From the IMG/VR virus record IMGVR_UViG_2895847146_000001, positions 32,001-96,000 of that record: a DNA stretch of 64,000 bases; one strand, 5' to 3'. Made by a program: the position numbers and the translations under genes. This document shows positions 27,740-35,054 of this stretch, piece after piece. The DNA comes from a virus. Lineage: Duplodnaviria; Caudoviricetes. The stretch's first letter is position 1. Each line of letters opens with the position of its first letter. The notes under the pieces were generated by a model. That model had not been told where the DNA came from, ran no database searches, and saw only the letters and a list, made by a program, of their open reading frames with translations.

Positions 27740-28039
27740 ATGAAGACGCCCCTATTCCACGTCGGTCAGCAAATAGTCTGCACCAACGACGACTTTACCC
27801 TGCTGCTGGTCCAGAACCCGAACATCGAGGCGCCCAAGCGCGGCCCGATCTACACTGTGCGCCAGAACTGCATTTTCCCGCACGCCGTCGGGCTGTTGCT
27901 GGAGGAGATTCGCAATGAGCACGTAGCGCCGGGCTTTCCAGAGGCAAATTTCAACCAAGACCGGTTCGCCCCCGTGCCGCCCGTCGAGGAAATCAGCCTG
28001 GCAGCCGTTTTTGAGGAATCACTTTCTACACCTGCATAA
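27740..28039 (+). CDS. Small SH3-like hypothetical protein
   Basis: FHVGQQIVC.NDD...G.IYTVR...LEEI.N...F...RFAP. Confidence 0.6.
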   Translation: MKTPLFHVGQQIVCTNDDFTLLLVQNPNIEAPKRGPIYTVRQNCIFPHAVGLLLEEIRNEHVAPGFPEANFNQDRFAPVPPVEEISLAAVFEESLSTPA

Positions 28040-28042
28040 GAA

Positions 28043-28246
28043 ATGGAAATCACCCTATTATTCCTCGGCACCAACGACACCCAGCCCTCGCAGGCTTACG
28101 CGCCCTGGGCGGCCAGACTTATGCGACGCCGCACCGGAACACCTCGATTAGCCTACCCCGTAAGCACAAAAACGCGGCGCCGTGCCCAGGCCAGCGCCCG
28201 CCATTTCAAACAATGGATATTGAAAACACATGGACGCACCCAATAA
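28043..28246 (+). CDS. Small basic hypothetical protein
   Basis: 67-aa ORF in operon. Confidence 0.4.
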   Translation: MEITLLFLGTNDTQPSQAYAPWAARLMRRRTGTPRLAYPVSTKTRRRAQASARHFKQWILKTHGRTQ

Positions 28247-28520
28247 CAAAATAAACAGAGGGCAGCGACTCCGGGAGTTGGGGTTTCGGCCGACGGGCTT
28301 CACAATGTTCGATTCTTGGGGCGAGCCCACCGACTACAATAGTTATTCCTGTTCCGTATGGGAAAACGAGGCTGGCCACAGGGCGACGGCATATGAAGAC
28401 CCTCAGCAAACCGTAGTATTCGACCCACCCCTGACCATCGACCACGGCCTGCACACCCCGAATATTAACAGGCATGCGCTGGCCCTCTTCACAGGGGTGT
28501 TGATTGCCAAGAGCCGCTAA
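28230..28520 (+). CDS. Hypothetical protein
   Basis: 96-aa ORF ending at a terminator. Confidence 0.55.
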   Translation: MDAPNNKINRGQRLRELGFRPTGFTMFDSWGEPTDYNSYSCSVWENEAGHRATAYEDPQQTVVFDPPLTIDHGLHTPNINRHALALFTGVLIAKSR

Positions 28521-28524
28521 AGAG

Positions 28525-28553
28525 AAAAGCCCGCCTAACCAGCGGGCTTTTTT
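28525..28553 (+). terminator. Terminator of the early/middle operon
   Basis: AAAAGCCCGC...GCGGGCTTTTTT. Confidence 0.75.
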
Positions 28554-28601
28554 ATTGCGCAAACCAACGTATCTTCCGGGCAAGCTATACCTGTACGCCC
28601 G

Positions 28602-29054
28602 ATGAAATCCCTCTTCTACACCCTCTTGTTGACCGCAGCCCTGGCCGGCTGCAGTAAAGAGTCGAACCCTGGGCCAGCCACCCCTCCACCCCCGCCAGCG
28701 ACTGATAATACAGTCTACCTGCGCGTGACGGCTGACAACGTGCAGCCTGGCCAGAAGGCATTTGTGCAGCAAGTAGGCACGCTGAAGGATGCGGTGACGC
28801 TTACCCTGCCAGCTGGAGCCTCCTCGCCGGCCAAGCAGATAGCCAACGAGAAGTCCGTGTTTGTCAAGGGCCAGCAAGTCCAGTTTGGCGTCTACACCAG
28901 CACGCAGCCGACCAAAGGCACCGGCACCATCCTGGCCGAGCTGGTACGCGGCACTACCGTTCTTTCCAGCGTTACCTGGGACAACGCCAGCCCACCCGCC
29001 TGGGACCAGCCGAGCCAGAGCGCGGTAGTCAATAAGACCATTACCCTGCCCTAA
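28602..29054 (+). CDS. Moron lipoprotein
   Basis: Lipobox LAGC, Pro-rich linker, beta-rich domain; bracketed by terminators. Confidence 0.75.
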   Translation: MKSLFYTLLLTAALAGCSKESNPGPATPPPPPATDNTVYLRVTADNVQPGQKAFVQQVGTLKDAVTLTLPAGASSPAKQIANEKSVFVKGQQVQFGVYTSTQPTKGTGTILAELVRGTTVLSSVTWDNASPPAWDQPSQSAVVNKTITLP

Positions 29055-29057
29055 TAC

Positions 29058-29094
29058 AAAAAGCCCCGCCGTACTGCTACGGCGGGGCTTTTTT
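29058..29094. terminator. Bidirectional terminator at the early/late convergence
   Basis: AAAAAGCCCCGCCGTA...TACGGCGGGGCTTTTTT. Confidence 0.85.
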
Positions 29095-29095
29095 A

Positions 29096-29245
29096 GCAAA
29101 GCTGCATTTCTTCCACTTGGCTCAGCCAAGGACACTTTGCGTTCCGCTTCACAGCGGGAACCTGCTCCACACATTCCAACAGCAGGTAATTTCACGAGGG
29201 CACTGCTTTCGCATTCAGTTTGCAACCTGATTTTCAGCCCTTGTA
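29096..29245 (-). ncRNA. Unnamed multi-hairpin structured RNA candidate
   Basis: Six or more stems including GNRA-capped UGC-GAAA-GCA and CCGCU-GUGA-AGCGG; no credible ORF. Confidence 0.55.
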
Positions 29246-29248
29246 TTG

Positions 29249-29395
29249 TAGAGAGGGCGGGATTGGATACCCGCAAGCCACGTTCTGCAAGCCAACTTTC
29301 ATTCCTGGCCTCCCGGCCCTTGCAGAGCACATGCTTGGCCGAAGCCGCACAACAAGGAGGATTTTACATATCCAGGGGCAATTGCCAACCTCTCT
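29249..29395 (-). ncRNA. 147-nt tRNA-like structured RNA candidate
   Basis: AGAGAGG/CCUCUCU acceptor, GCGGG/CCCGC T-like arm, UUCG and GGGA tetraloop hairpins, long extra stem. Confidence 0.6.
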
Positions 29396-29427
29396 ATTCT
29401 GTCAGCCGCTCGATTGGCGGCTGTATT

Positions 29428-29646
29428 CTACTGCATTGCTTCCAAGTCCCGCCGCGCCTTGTTCCACGTCAGTAGGTGCAGCTCGAAGTTGGCCGCGTCC
29501 TGGATGCGTTTTTCGGCCACGGCCTTATCAAACCACTGTTGCTGACGCTGCTGCTCCCGACGGATGTAGTTTAGCGCATCCTGAAACGAGGGCCCGGGCT
29601 GTTTCGGCGTATAGAGCCACGAGAAGAATTTGCAAAGGAAGTCCAC
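29428..29646 (-). CDS. Small hypothetical protein
   Basis: 72-aa ORF in operon. Confidence 0.55.
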   Translation of the reverse strand: MDFLCKFFSWLYTPKQPGPSFQDALNYIRREQQRQQQWFDKAVAEKRIQDAANFELHLLTWNKARRDLEAMQ

Positions 29647-29648
29647 GG

Positions 29649-30188
29649 CTACTTTTCGATTTCGATATGAATATCATGCGGGGCTGGCTGGCTGCCGCCG
29701 AAATACAGGGAGTGCGTCAGGCCATAGCGTGGAACGCTAATTGTGTCTACCACGCGTATACAACCTATTAATCCATCGTCTTCAGCGAGAAAGGCATACT
29801 TGGGCAAACTAGATCCAGAAGACCACTGAAAGCACTTCTCAATTGTTAACCGAACCTTCTGCCCGAGCTTTACCTGGGCCACCAGCGGAAACTCCATCTG
29901 CTCGTTCCAGTTGCGTCGGCCGTTGACGTAGCAATACGCCAGCAGGTCGATGCACTGGTCTTGCTCGTTCCAGCGCCACCCAAAGCGAGCGGAATTTTCA
30001 TGCACGGCGAAGAAGCCGAAGCTCAGCCCGAACAGCTTGTTTACGTCCAGGCTGTTATACTGCGGTAGCGTGTAGCGGCAGGACTCCCCGAAGGTGACAT
30101 ACCGCGAAATGCTCTTGCGGCCCAGATGCGGCCACGAAGAGAACAGGCGGTTGTCCTGGTGCTTGCCTTGCTTGATGGTGTGCCGCAT
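29649..30188 (-). CDS. Hypothetical beta-rich phage protein
   Basis: NKLFGLS.G...H.NSARFGWRW, LYFGGSQPAPH. Confidence 0.7.
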   Translation of the reverse strand: MRHTIKQGKHQDNRLFSSWPHLGRKSISRYVTFGESCRYTLPQYNSLDVNKLFGLSFGFFAVHENSARFGWRWNEQDQCIDLLAYCYVNGRRNWNEQMEFPLVAQVKLGQKVRLTIEKCFQWSSGSSLPKYAFLAEDDGLIGCIRVVDTISVPRYGLTHSLYFGGSQPAPHDIHIEIEK

Positions 30189-30403
30189 TACAGCTCGCCC
30201 TGATTACGATGCTCAGCCCGGCGCTCATTGGTAAAAGCGCCATACACAGCAAACAGGAAAGTGGGCAGTGCCACGAAGCCCGAGCCGTAGGATAGCCAGC
30301 CGAAGGTCAGCGGCGTAATCAGGTAGTAGTCGGCCAGCGTGGCAAGGAAGAAGACGGCCAGAACGATACCGGTAGGGAGTGCTTTGGGTGCTTTGATTGC
30401 CAT
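30188..30403 (-). CDS. Small two-TM membrane protein
   Basis: ATG 30403; two hydrophobic segments; TAATG coupling. Confidence 0.6.
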   Translation of the reverse strand: MAIKAPKALPTGIVLAVFFLATLADYYLITPLTFGWLSYGSGFVALPTFLFAVYGAFTNERRAEHRNQGEL

Positions 30404-30428
30404 GTCGTGAGAATAAATGCGTGAAAAA

Positions 30429-30502
30429 TGGCACACCCTCGTTGGTTCGAACAACGCGCCCTCGGATTTGGAGTCCAAGGAGCCTCCACTGGCTCCGGGT
30501 GC
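30429..30502 (-). tRNA. tRNA-Trp(CCA), atypical
   Basis: Anticodon loop CTCCAAA, TTCGAAC T-loop, encoded 3' CCA; short D-arm and an acceptor mismatch at pair 7. Confidence 0.7.
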
Positions 30503-30510
30503 AAGTAAAG

Positions 30511-30582
30511 GGTGTTAGCGGGAGTCGAACCCTGTCCTCCGCATTCACAGTGCGGCGCTCTAACCAATTAAGCTACTAACAC
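30511..30582 (-). tRNA. tRNA-His(GTG)
   Basis: GTGTTAG/CTAACAC acceptor, CCGCA-CTGTGAA-TGCGG arm; T-stem 3' strand is one nt short. Confidence 0.82.
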
Positions 30583-30584
30583 AG

Positions 30585-30658
30585 TCGGGGTGGCAGGACT
30601 CGAACCTGCGGCCTCCTGCTCCCAAAGCAGGCATCATAGCCAACTAGACCACACCCCG
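30585..30658 (-). tRNA. tRNA-Pro(TGG)
   Basis: CGGGGTG/CACCCCG acceptor, CCTGC-TTTGGGA-GCAGG arm, GGTTCGAGTCC. Confidence 0.93.
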
Positions 30659-30732
30659 GGTTGGCTTATTTCGCGTGGGAGCCACCCACCAAAGAACGAG
30701 CCGCTTGCCTATACTGCGACGAAGGTGTTTGG

Positions 30733-30807
30733 TTTGACTGGTCGATTTCGATACGACAAATGTTGGCTTATCAAGAGCCAATTGCTTTACCTTTAAGCTA
30801 CAGTCAA
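30733..30807 (-). tRNA. Non-canonical tRNA-like element (undetermined isotype)
   Basis: TTGACTG/CAGTCAA acceptor and normal D-arm; extended anticodon arm TTGGCT-CTTGATA-AGCCAA; T-loop ATCGAAA. Confidence 0.6.
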
Positions 30808-30855
30808 ATCTTTACCCTACGCGAAGGACCACGACGTTAAGCGCCTACGGCGGTG

Positions 30856-30927
30856 TAGCGAAACACAGATTCGAACTGCGGACCCCTCGGTTATGAGCCG
30901 AGTACTCTACCCCTGAGCTACTTCGCT
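30856..30927 (-). tRNA. tRNA with CAT anticodon (Met or Ile2)
   Basis: AGCGAAG/TTTCGCT acceptor, CTCGG-CTCATAA-CCGAG arm, TTCGAAT. Confidence 0.88.
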
Positions 30928-30929
30928 AA

Positions 30930-31080
30930 GTGTGCCGGTTTCTCCCGGCTATCCAGGCCGCAAGGTGTCACGTTTTGCTACTTTACAACGCCAAGGGATT
31001 CGACCCTATCGGTTATTCAAAACGCGCTTCATGCGCCCCTCGGTGTGATGCGAAATGGGCCCGTAGCGTACACGGGCGCT
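30930..31080 (-). ncRNA. Structured RNA candidate heading the tRNA transcript
   Basis: Hairpins GCCCGU/ACGGGC, GCGC/GCGC, AGGG-UCGAAU-CCCU and GCCGG-GAGAAA-CCGGC; no credible ORF. Confidence 0.45.
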
Positions 31081-31147
31081 GGCTAGATGCGTTTCATGGC
31101 TGGAATGGTTAGTGACAGTCGATGCTTGGTCGGGGAAAGAAGAGGCC

Positions 31148-31216
31148 CAAATATACCGTTTCTATCTTTAAAGTCAAGATTGAAATAACAATTTTTTCTC
31201 GAATATCGAGATAGAC
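31148..31216 (-). promoter_or_regulatory. Promoter with paired 25-bp palindromes (site B)
   Basis: -7 box TATATTTG (31148-31155); palindromes at 31160-31184 and 31192-31216. Confidence 0.78.
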
Positions 31217-31218
31217 TG

Positions 31219-32781
31219 TTACGCGGCGCTTCGATTGAAGGTGTTGTTCTTGTCGAGCGGAATCAGGGGCACGTCCACAATGTGCGGGAAGCCCTTCACG
31301 GCCCTAATCAGCAGGGAGCCAGCGAGTCCGGTAAATCCAAGGTCTTCCGAGTACTGGTTGCCCGTGAAGAAGGCCGGGCTGCGCACCCAGCGTTTGCGGT
31401 TGCCGTCGAGGAATACGCCCCGGGTGTGCTTGTCGGCCGTCAGCAGCAGGGTAAACACGCCCCGCGTCTGGAAATCAGCTATCAGGTCGGTGGCCTTCTT
31501 CTCGTTGCTCACGTCGCCGGTGTAGCCGTGCTTGAGAATATAATTGATGCCGTCGATTTCCCGGGTAACCAGGGCTGGGTTAAACTCAATGTCCAGCAAC
31601 TTGCCATAATTGAGCTTGAGGAAGTAAAATACGGCCTGCGCGACTTGGGCGGCCGTGTCCTCCTTGGCGCTGGAGGTAATGCGGTCATGGTTGCCGCCAA
31701 CGGACAGGATGCCCCGCAGGTTCACGATGCGGTCAATGAAGTACACGAAGAACTCGTAGGCGTGGGCAATGGCGTCTGCTCCGAACAGATCCGCCCCCTT
31801 CCAGCTGTTGGGGTGGTTCAGGCCCGTGAGCGTTTCGATATAGTCCCCCAGACCCAGCAGCCAGACTTGGCCGGCGCCGACGGCGTTTACTTCGGCAATC
31901 AGCTGGTCGGCGTAGTCATACATTTGCTCGCGGTCATAGTCGAACGAGCGAATCATGTTCTTGATTTTGGCACCGGCGTGGGTGTCCGCCAGGGTGAAGG
32001 CCAGCACGTTCGGGGCCGACGGGCCAACAGGGGCCCGGAGCAGATAGCGCACCTTGGCCTCGGGGAAACGGTCTGCCAGCTCCACCAGCACCGAGTCGTT
32101 CAGGAACTTGGTTTGCTCGGCCTCCTGAATGACCTTCTCGTACTTCTTGTGCGTAGCGGCGTGGTGCTGCTGCTCGATAATCAGGCCCGTGTCCTTGTAG
32201 CGCACCGCAATCTTGGCCGCCACCATCTTCTCGCGCAGCTCGGGGGCGGTGGTGTCCCAGGTGTGGGGAGAAAACACGTTGCTGAGCTTGTTGAGCATCA
32301 GGCGGGCCTTCATGCTGTTCCACTGCCAAGTCGAGAGGCGGAACTTGTTGATAACCTGCGTCTGACTCAGGTTCAGGCCGTGCTTGCTGTAATTGAAAAA
32401 CAGCTCGTCCACCTGCTCCACCGACAACCGGAAATGACGGGCCGGGCGGCCGTGGGCTCCCTTCACTTCCCATTCGTAGTGTTCATCGACCACGCGCCAG
32501 GGCTCCTCGTCCTCGGCGTCGATGCTAACAGATGGCTCCTCGTCCTCATTGCGAGCTTCCCGTTCGTGAGGAGGAATAACGTGGCCGTCCAGGGTGACGG
32601 CGCCCTGCAGGATGCGCTGGAAGGCTCGGCGCACCGCGTCCCACTGGGTAGGCTCAACGACATAGGCCGGATCTTCGACCATTGCCTTTACGAGCGCATC
32701 CGAGGTGGTGAGGTGGGAATGGGTTTTGTAAAATTGACGGGCAATAGCTGCCGCCGAACCGGGTTGTGGGGTTCCAGCCAT
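31219..32781 (-). CDS. Calcineurin-like metallophosphoesterase with a long N-terminal extension
   Basis: ADTHAG, GLGDYIE, GGNHDR, KHG and ADKH motifs. Confidence 0.82.
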   Translation of the reverse strand: MAGTPQPGSAAAIARQFYKTHSHLTTSDALVKAMVEDPAYVVEPTQWDAVRRAFQRILQGAVTLDGHVIPPHEREARNEDEEPSVSIDAEDEEPWRVVDEHYEWEVKGAHGRPARHFRLSVEQVDELFFNYSKHGLNLSQTQVINKFRLSTWQWNSMKARLMLNKLSNVFSPHTWDTTAPELREKMVAAKIAVRYKDTGLIIEQQHHAATHKKYEKVIQEAEQTKFLNDSVLVELADRFPEAKVRYLLRAPVGPSAPNVLAFTLADTHAGAKIKNMIRSFDYDREQMYDYADQLIAEVNAVGAGQVWLLGLGDYIETLTGLNHPNSWKGADLFGADAIAHAYEFFVYFIDRIVNLRGILSVGGNHDRITSSAKEDTAAQVAQAVFYFLKLNYGKLLDIEFNPALVTREIDGINYILKHGYTGDVSNEKKATDLIADFQTRGVFTLLLTADKHTRGVFLDGNRKRWVRSPAFFTGNQYSEDLGFTGLAGSLLIRAVKGFPHIVDVPLIPLDKNNTFNRSAA

Positions 32782-32836
32782 ACAGGGCGTTGCGTTGAAA
32801 AAAAGAGGATTACAGTCCTCGTGACTATAACCCTCT

Positions 32837-32885
32837 CAAAGCTAATAGATTCTTTGGTATTTCTATCTCGTTTTTGAAGATAGAA
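32837..32885 (-). promoter_or_regulatory. Promoter with 25-bp palindrome (site C)
   Basis: TTCTATCTCG-N5-GAAGATAGAA at 32861-32885; minus-strand TAGCTTTG at 32837-32844. Confidence 0.72.
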
Positions 32886-32902
32886 TGAAAATAAAATTGC
32901 AC

Positions 32903-33382
32903 TTATACCGCTTTTCGGGTAAACTCGAAGTGCATGGCGTCACTACGCCCCTTGCCAAAATCGGCGCCGGCCGTAAAGCCGTGTTTTTTCCAAACGGCCA
33001 CGAATTCGCGGGTAAACATACCTGGACCGTAAGGCGCCTTGCCCAGGGGGTTCAATTTAGCATTGAAGTCAAAGGCCAGCCCCCAGCTGTGCACGCTGGG
33101 CGTATTTAGGCCCCGCATCAGACGCGGGTTATAACAGCCATCATACGTTTTAATTTCGTGAATCAGACCCGTGCAAACCAACTCGTGCATCACCGCCTCA
33201 AAAGGCTCGATGGCATCCTTGTTCATCCAGATGCGCGTTACCGGCTTGCCCTCGTAGACGGTGGCGAAATGTGGCTTCAGCCAGATAGGAAGGGTGTACA
33301 TTTCCATCCACCGCGTTTCAAACGCGGCTGAACGGGGGTAGGCTGCGCCGTAGCGCTTGGTAAGCTGTGCTGTCGTTGCCAT
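32903..33382 (-). CDS. M15-family peptidase endolysin
   Basis: GCYNPR, SVHSWGLAFDFN and DAMHFE motifs. Confidence 0.88.
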   Translation of the reverse strand: MATTAQLTKRYGAAYPRSAAFETRWMEMYTLPIWLKPHFATVYEGKPVTRIWMNKDAIEPFEAVMHELVCTGLIHEIKTYDGCYNPRLMRGLNTPSVHSWGLAFDFNAKLNPLGKAPYGPGMFTREFVAVWKKHGFTAGADFGKGRSDAMHFEFTRKAV

Positions 33383-33750
33383 TAGGTTTGTGCAATGGGG
33401 CCGCCGTCGGGGCCGGATACAGTAACGTTCGGCTTGTCGCCGGTAAGCGTGGTGTTGCTCTGTGATTCAGGTACCTGCTCGTACCCGCCCGCGTCGCCCT
33501 TGGCCACGGCGAAGGCTAGGCGGTTGTCCAGGGCGAAGGCTCCTACGATAATGGTAGCTAAGCAAATGGTGATTTCCCGGGGCGGGTACTGGTACATTTT
33601 GGCCTGCTCGATGGAGCCAATGAACATACCCCGAATGATGATGGCAAAGAGCATTCCCAGGCAGAGCCAAGCCACCAGGATGGCCGAGGAGCTATTGCCC
33701 AGGGCGTCTTCGAGAAAGCCCGTGCGCGGGCGTTGGATGCGCTGTTTCAT
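33382..33750 (-). CDS. Putative holin
   Basis: Two TM segments, FLED..GN.SS motif; TAATG-coupled to the endolysin. Confidence 0.6.
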   Translation of the reverse strand: MKQRIQRPRTGFLEDALGNSSSAILVAWLCLGMLFAIIIRGMFIGSIEQAKMYQYPPREITICLATIIVGAFALDNRLAFAVAKGDAGGYEQVPESQSNTTLTGDKPNVTVSGPDGGPIAQT

Positions 33751-34164
33751 TTAGCGGGTGATAAGGAGGGCGGTTCCGCTGACCACAACACTGCTCAGGG
33801 CTACGTTGACCCAGAAGCGGCGTTTAGCCTTCAGCTTCCACTGGTTGGATTCGGCTCGGGCGCTGGCCGTCAGGGCGGCTTGCAGGTTACCGGCTTGGCG
33901 GAACTGGTCGGCGGCCAGCAGTGCCTCAGCCGTGGCCTTCTTCTGCTCGGCCAACAGCAGCGTCTTCTCCCGGCTAGTCTGCCGCACACTGGCCAGCGCC
34001 CGCTTGACTTCCTGAAAGCGGTAAAGCGAGTCGTTGACAACCTGGGCTTGGCGCGGGGTCAGGCAGATGTTATTGAGCGGTGTCGGCTTTCGTGCGCCCG
34101 TAGTTTGAGAGAATGCGGTGGAGCTGCTGAGCAGAAGCAGCAGGCCGAGTGCGAATGATTTCAT
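33751..34164 (-). CDS. Spanin-like protein (signal peptide, coiled coil, C-terminal TM)
   Basis: Architecture and position in the lysis cassette. Confidence 0.5.
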   Translation of the reverse strand: MKSFALGLLLLLSSSTAFSQTTGARKPTPLNNICLTPRQAQVVNDSLYRFQEVKRALASVRQTSREKTLLLAEQKKATAEALLAADQFRQAGNLQAALTASARAESNQWKLKAKRRFWVNVALSSVVVSGTALLITR

Positions 34165-34498
34165 AGTTGACGAGTAAAAGGCTGTCGATGTGTTTTTCCT
34201 TGGCCGTGACCTTGGCCAGCTTGCGCGTGGCCGCGCTGTCGCGGCGCACGGCGGCGGCCTGGAGCTTCACGGCGCTGTCCTTTTTGGCGGCAATGGCCTT
34301 TTCGTGGGCCCTCACCTGCTTCTTGGTCAGCGGCGGATTTTCGGCCACAGTGTCTTCGAGTCGGTTGACGGAGAAGCAAAGCACGCCCGCGCTGATAACC
34401 AGCACCACGCCGCTGACGGCCAGGATGATGTAGAGATTCCGGGCAAGCCAGGAAACCGTCTTTTCTTTGGCTTCGGTTGGGGTCGGGAGTTTCATTAT
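34070..34498 (-). CDS. Inner-membrane-anchored coiled-coil protein (i-spanin-like)
   Basis: N-terminal TM plus heptads; overlaps the next gene as Rz/Rz1 pairs do. Confidence 0.5.
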   Translation of the reverse strand: MMKLPTPTEAKEKTVSWLARNLYIILAVSGVVLVISAGVLCFSVNRLEDTVAENPPLTKKQVRAHEKAIAAKKDSAVKLQAAAVRRDSAATRKLAKVTAKEKHIDSLLLVNYEIIRTRPAASAQQLHRILSNYGRTKADTAQ

Positions 34499-34992
34499 TT
34501 CTGAGGGTTGATCCACTTGTTAATCTGCTCCAGGTGGGTAATACCCCACCAGATGGCCGAGCCGATAGCCGTCCCGGCGCCGCCGAGCCACATAGCAGCC
34601 TTGGCTCGCAGCCAGCGCCGAGTGCCGTCGAGGCTGTTCACGGTGGCGTCGGTGGTGCGCTGCTTTTCCTTGATGCTGGCCACCTCCTGCGTTAAGATTT
34701 CCAGGTTCTGTACAATGCCTTTCTGCCCGAACTTGACGTTGCCGACGGTAGCCAGCAGCAGTTCCTTCACGCCGTTGTCGAGAATGTCGAGGGTGGCGCG
34801 AAGGCTCTGGTTTTCGGCGGTGGCGGCTTCGAGCTTACGCATGGATTTGGCGAGGTCAAAGCGGGCCTGGGTGAGTTGGCGCGTAAGTTTGCGAACCTGC
34901 TCGGGCAGCCCTTCCAGGCTCTTGACCTGCTGCTCCAATACCCTGATCCGCTCCTGCAGCTGCTCTAATCGGGAGGACTCCCATTGTGTCAT
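34495..34992 (-). CDS. Coiled-coil protein with C-terminal TM
   Basis: Long heptad repeats, then AMWLGGAGTAIGSAIWWGI. Confidence 0.6.
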   Translation of the reverse strand: MTQWESSRLEQLQERIRVLEQQVKSLEGLPEQVRKLTRQLTQARFDLAKSMRKLEAATAENQSLRATLDILDNGVKELLLATVGNVKFGQKGIVQNLEILTQEVASIKEKQRTTDATVNSLDGTRRWLRAKAAMWLGGAGTAIGSAIWWGITHLEQINKWINPQK

Positions 34993-35054
34993 ATCTCGTA
35001 TTCTGGTAGCAGGAGCACTCCTGCTGAGTCGTGGGAGTCATTGAGGGCAGCGGA

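Noticed and set aside
29195-29245. Hammerhead ribozyme
   Set aside because: CUGAAAA and GAAA are present, but the CUGAnGA core and the stem order do not fit
30429-30927. Suppressor tRNA / stop-codon reassignment as in some crAss-like phages
   Set aside because: No CTA or TCA anticodon, and late genes are full length under code 11
31282-32877. Long antisense ORFs (also 57022-58719, 58825-59880, 28206-29330) and the alternative-frame ORF 20852-21901
   Set aside because: Shadows of high-GC coding genes or of repeats, with no recognisable motifs
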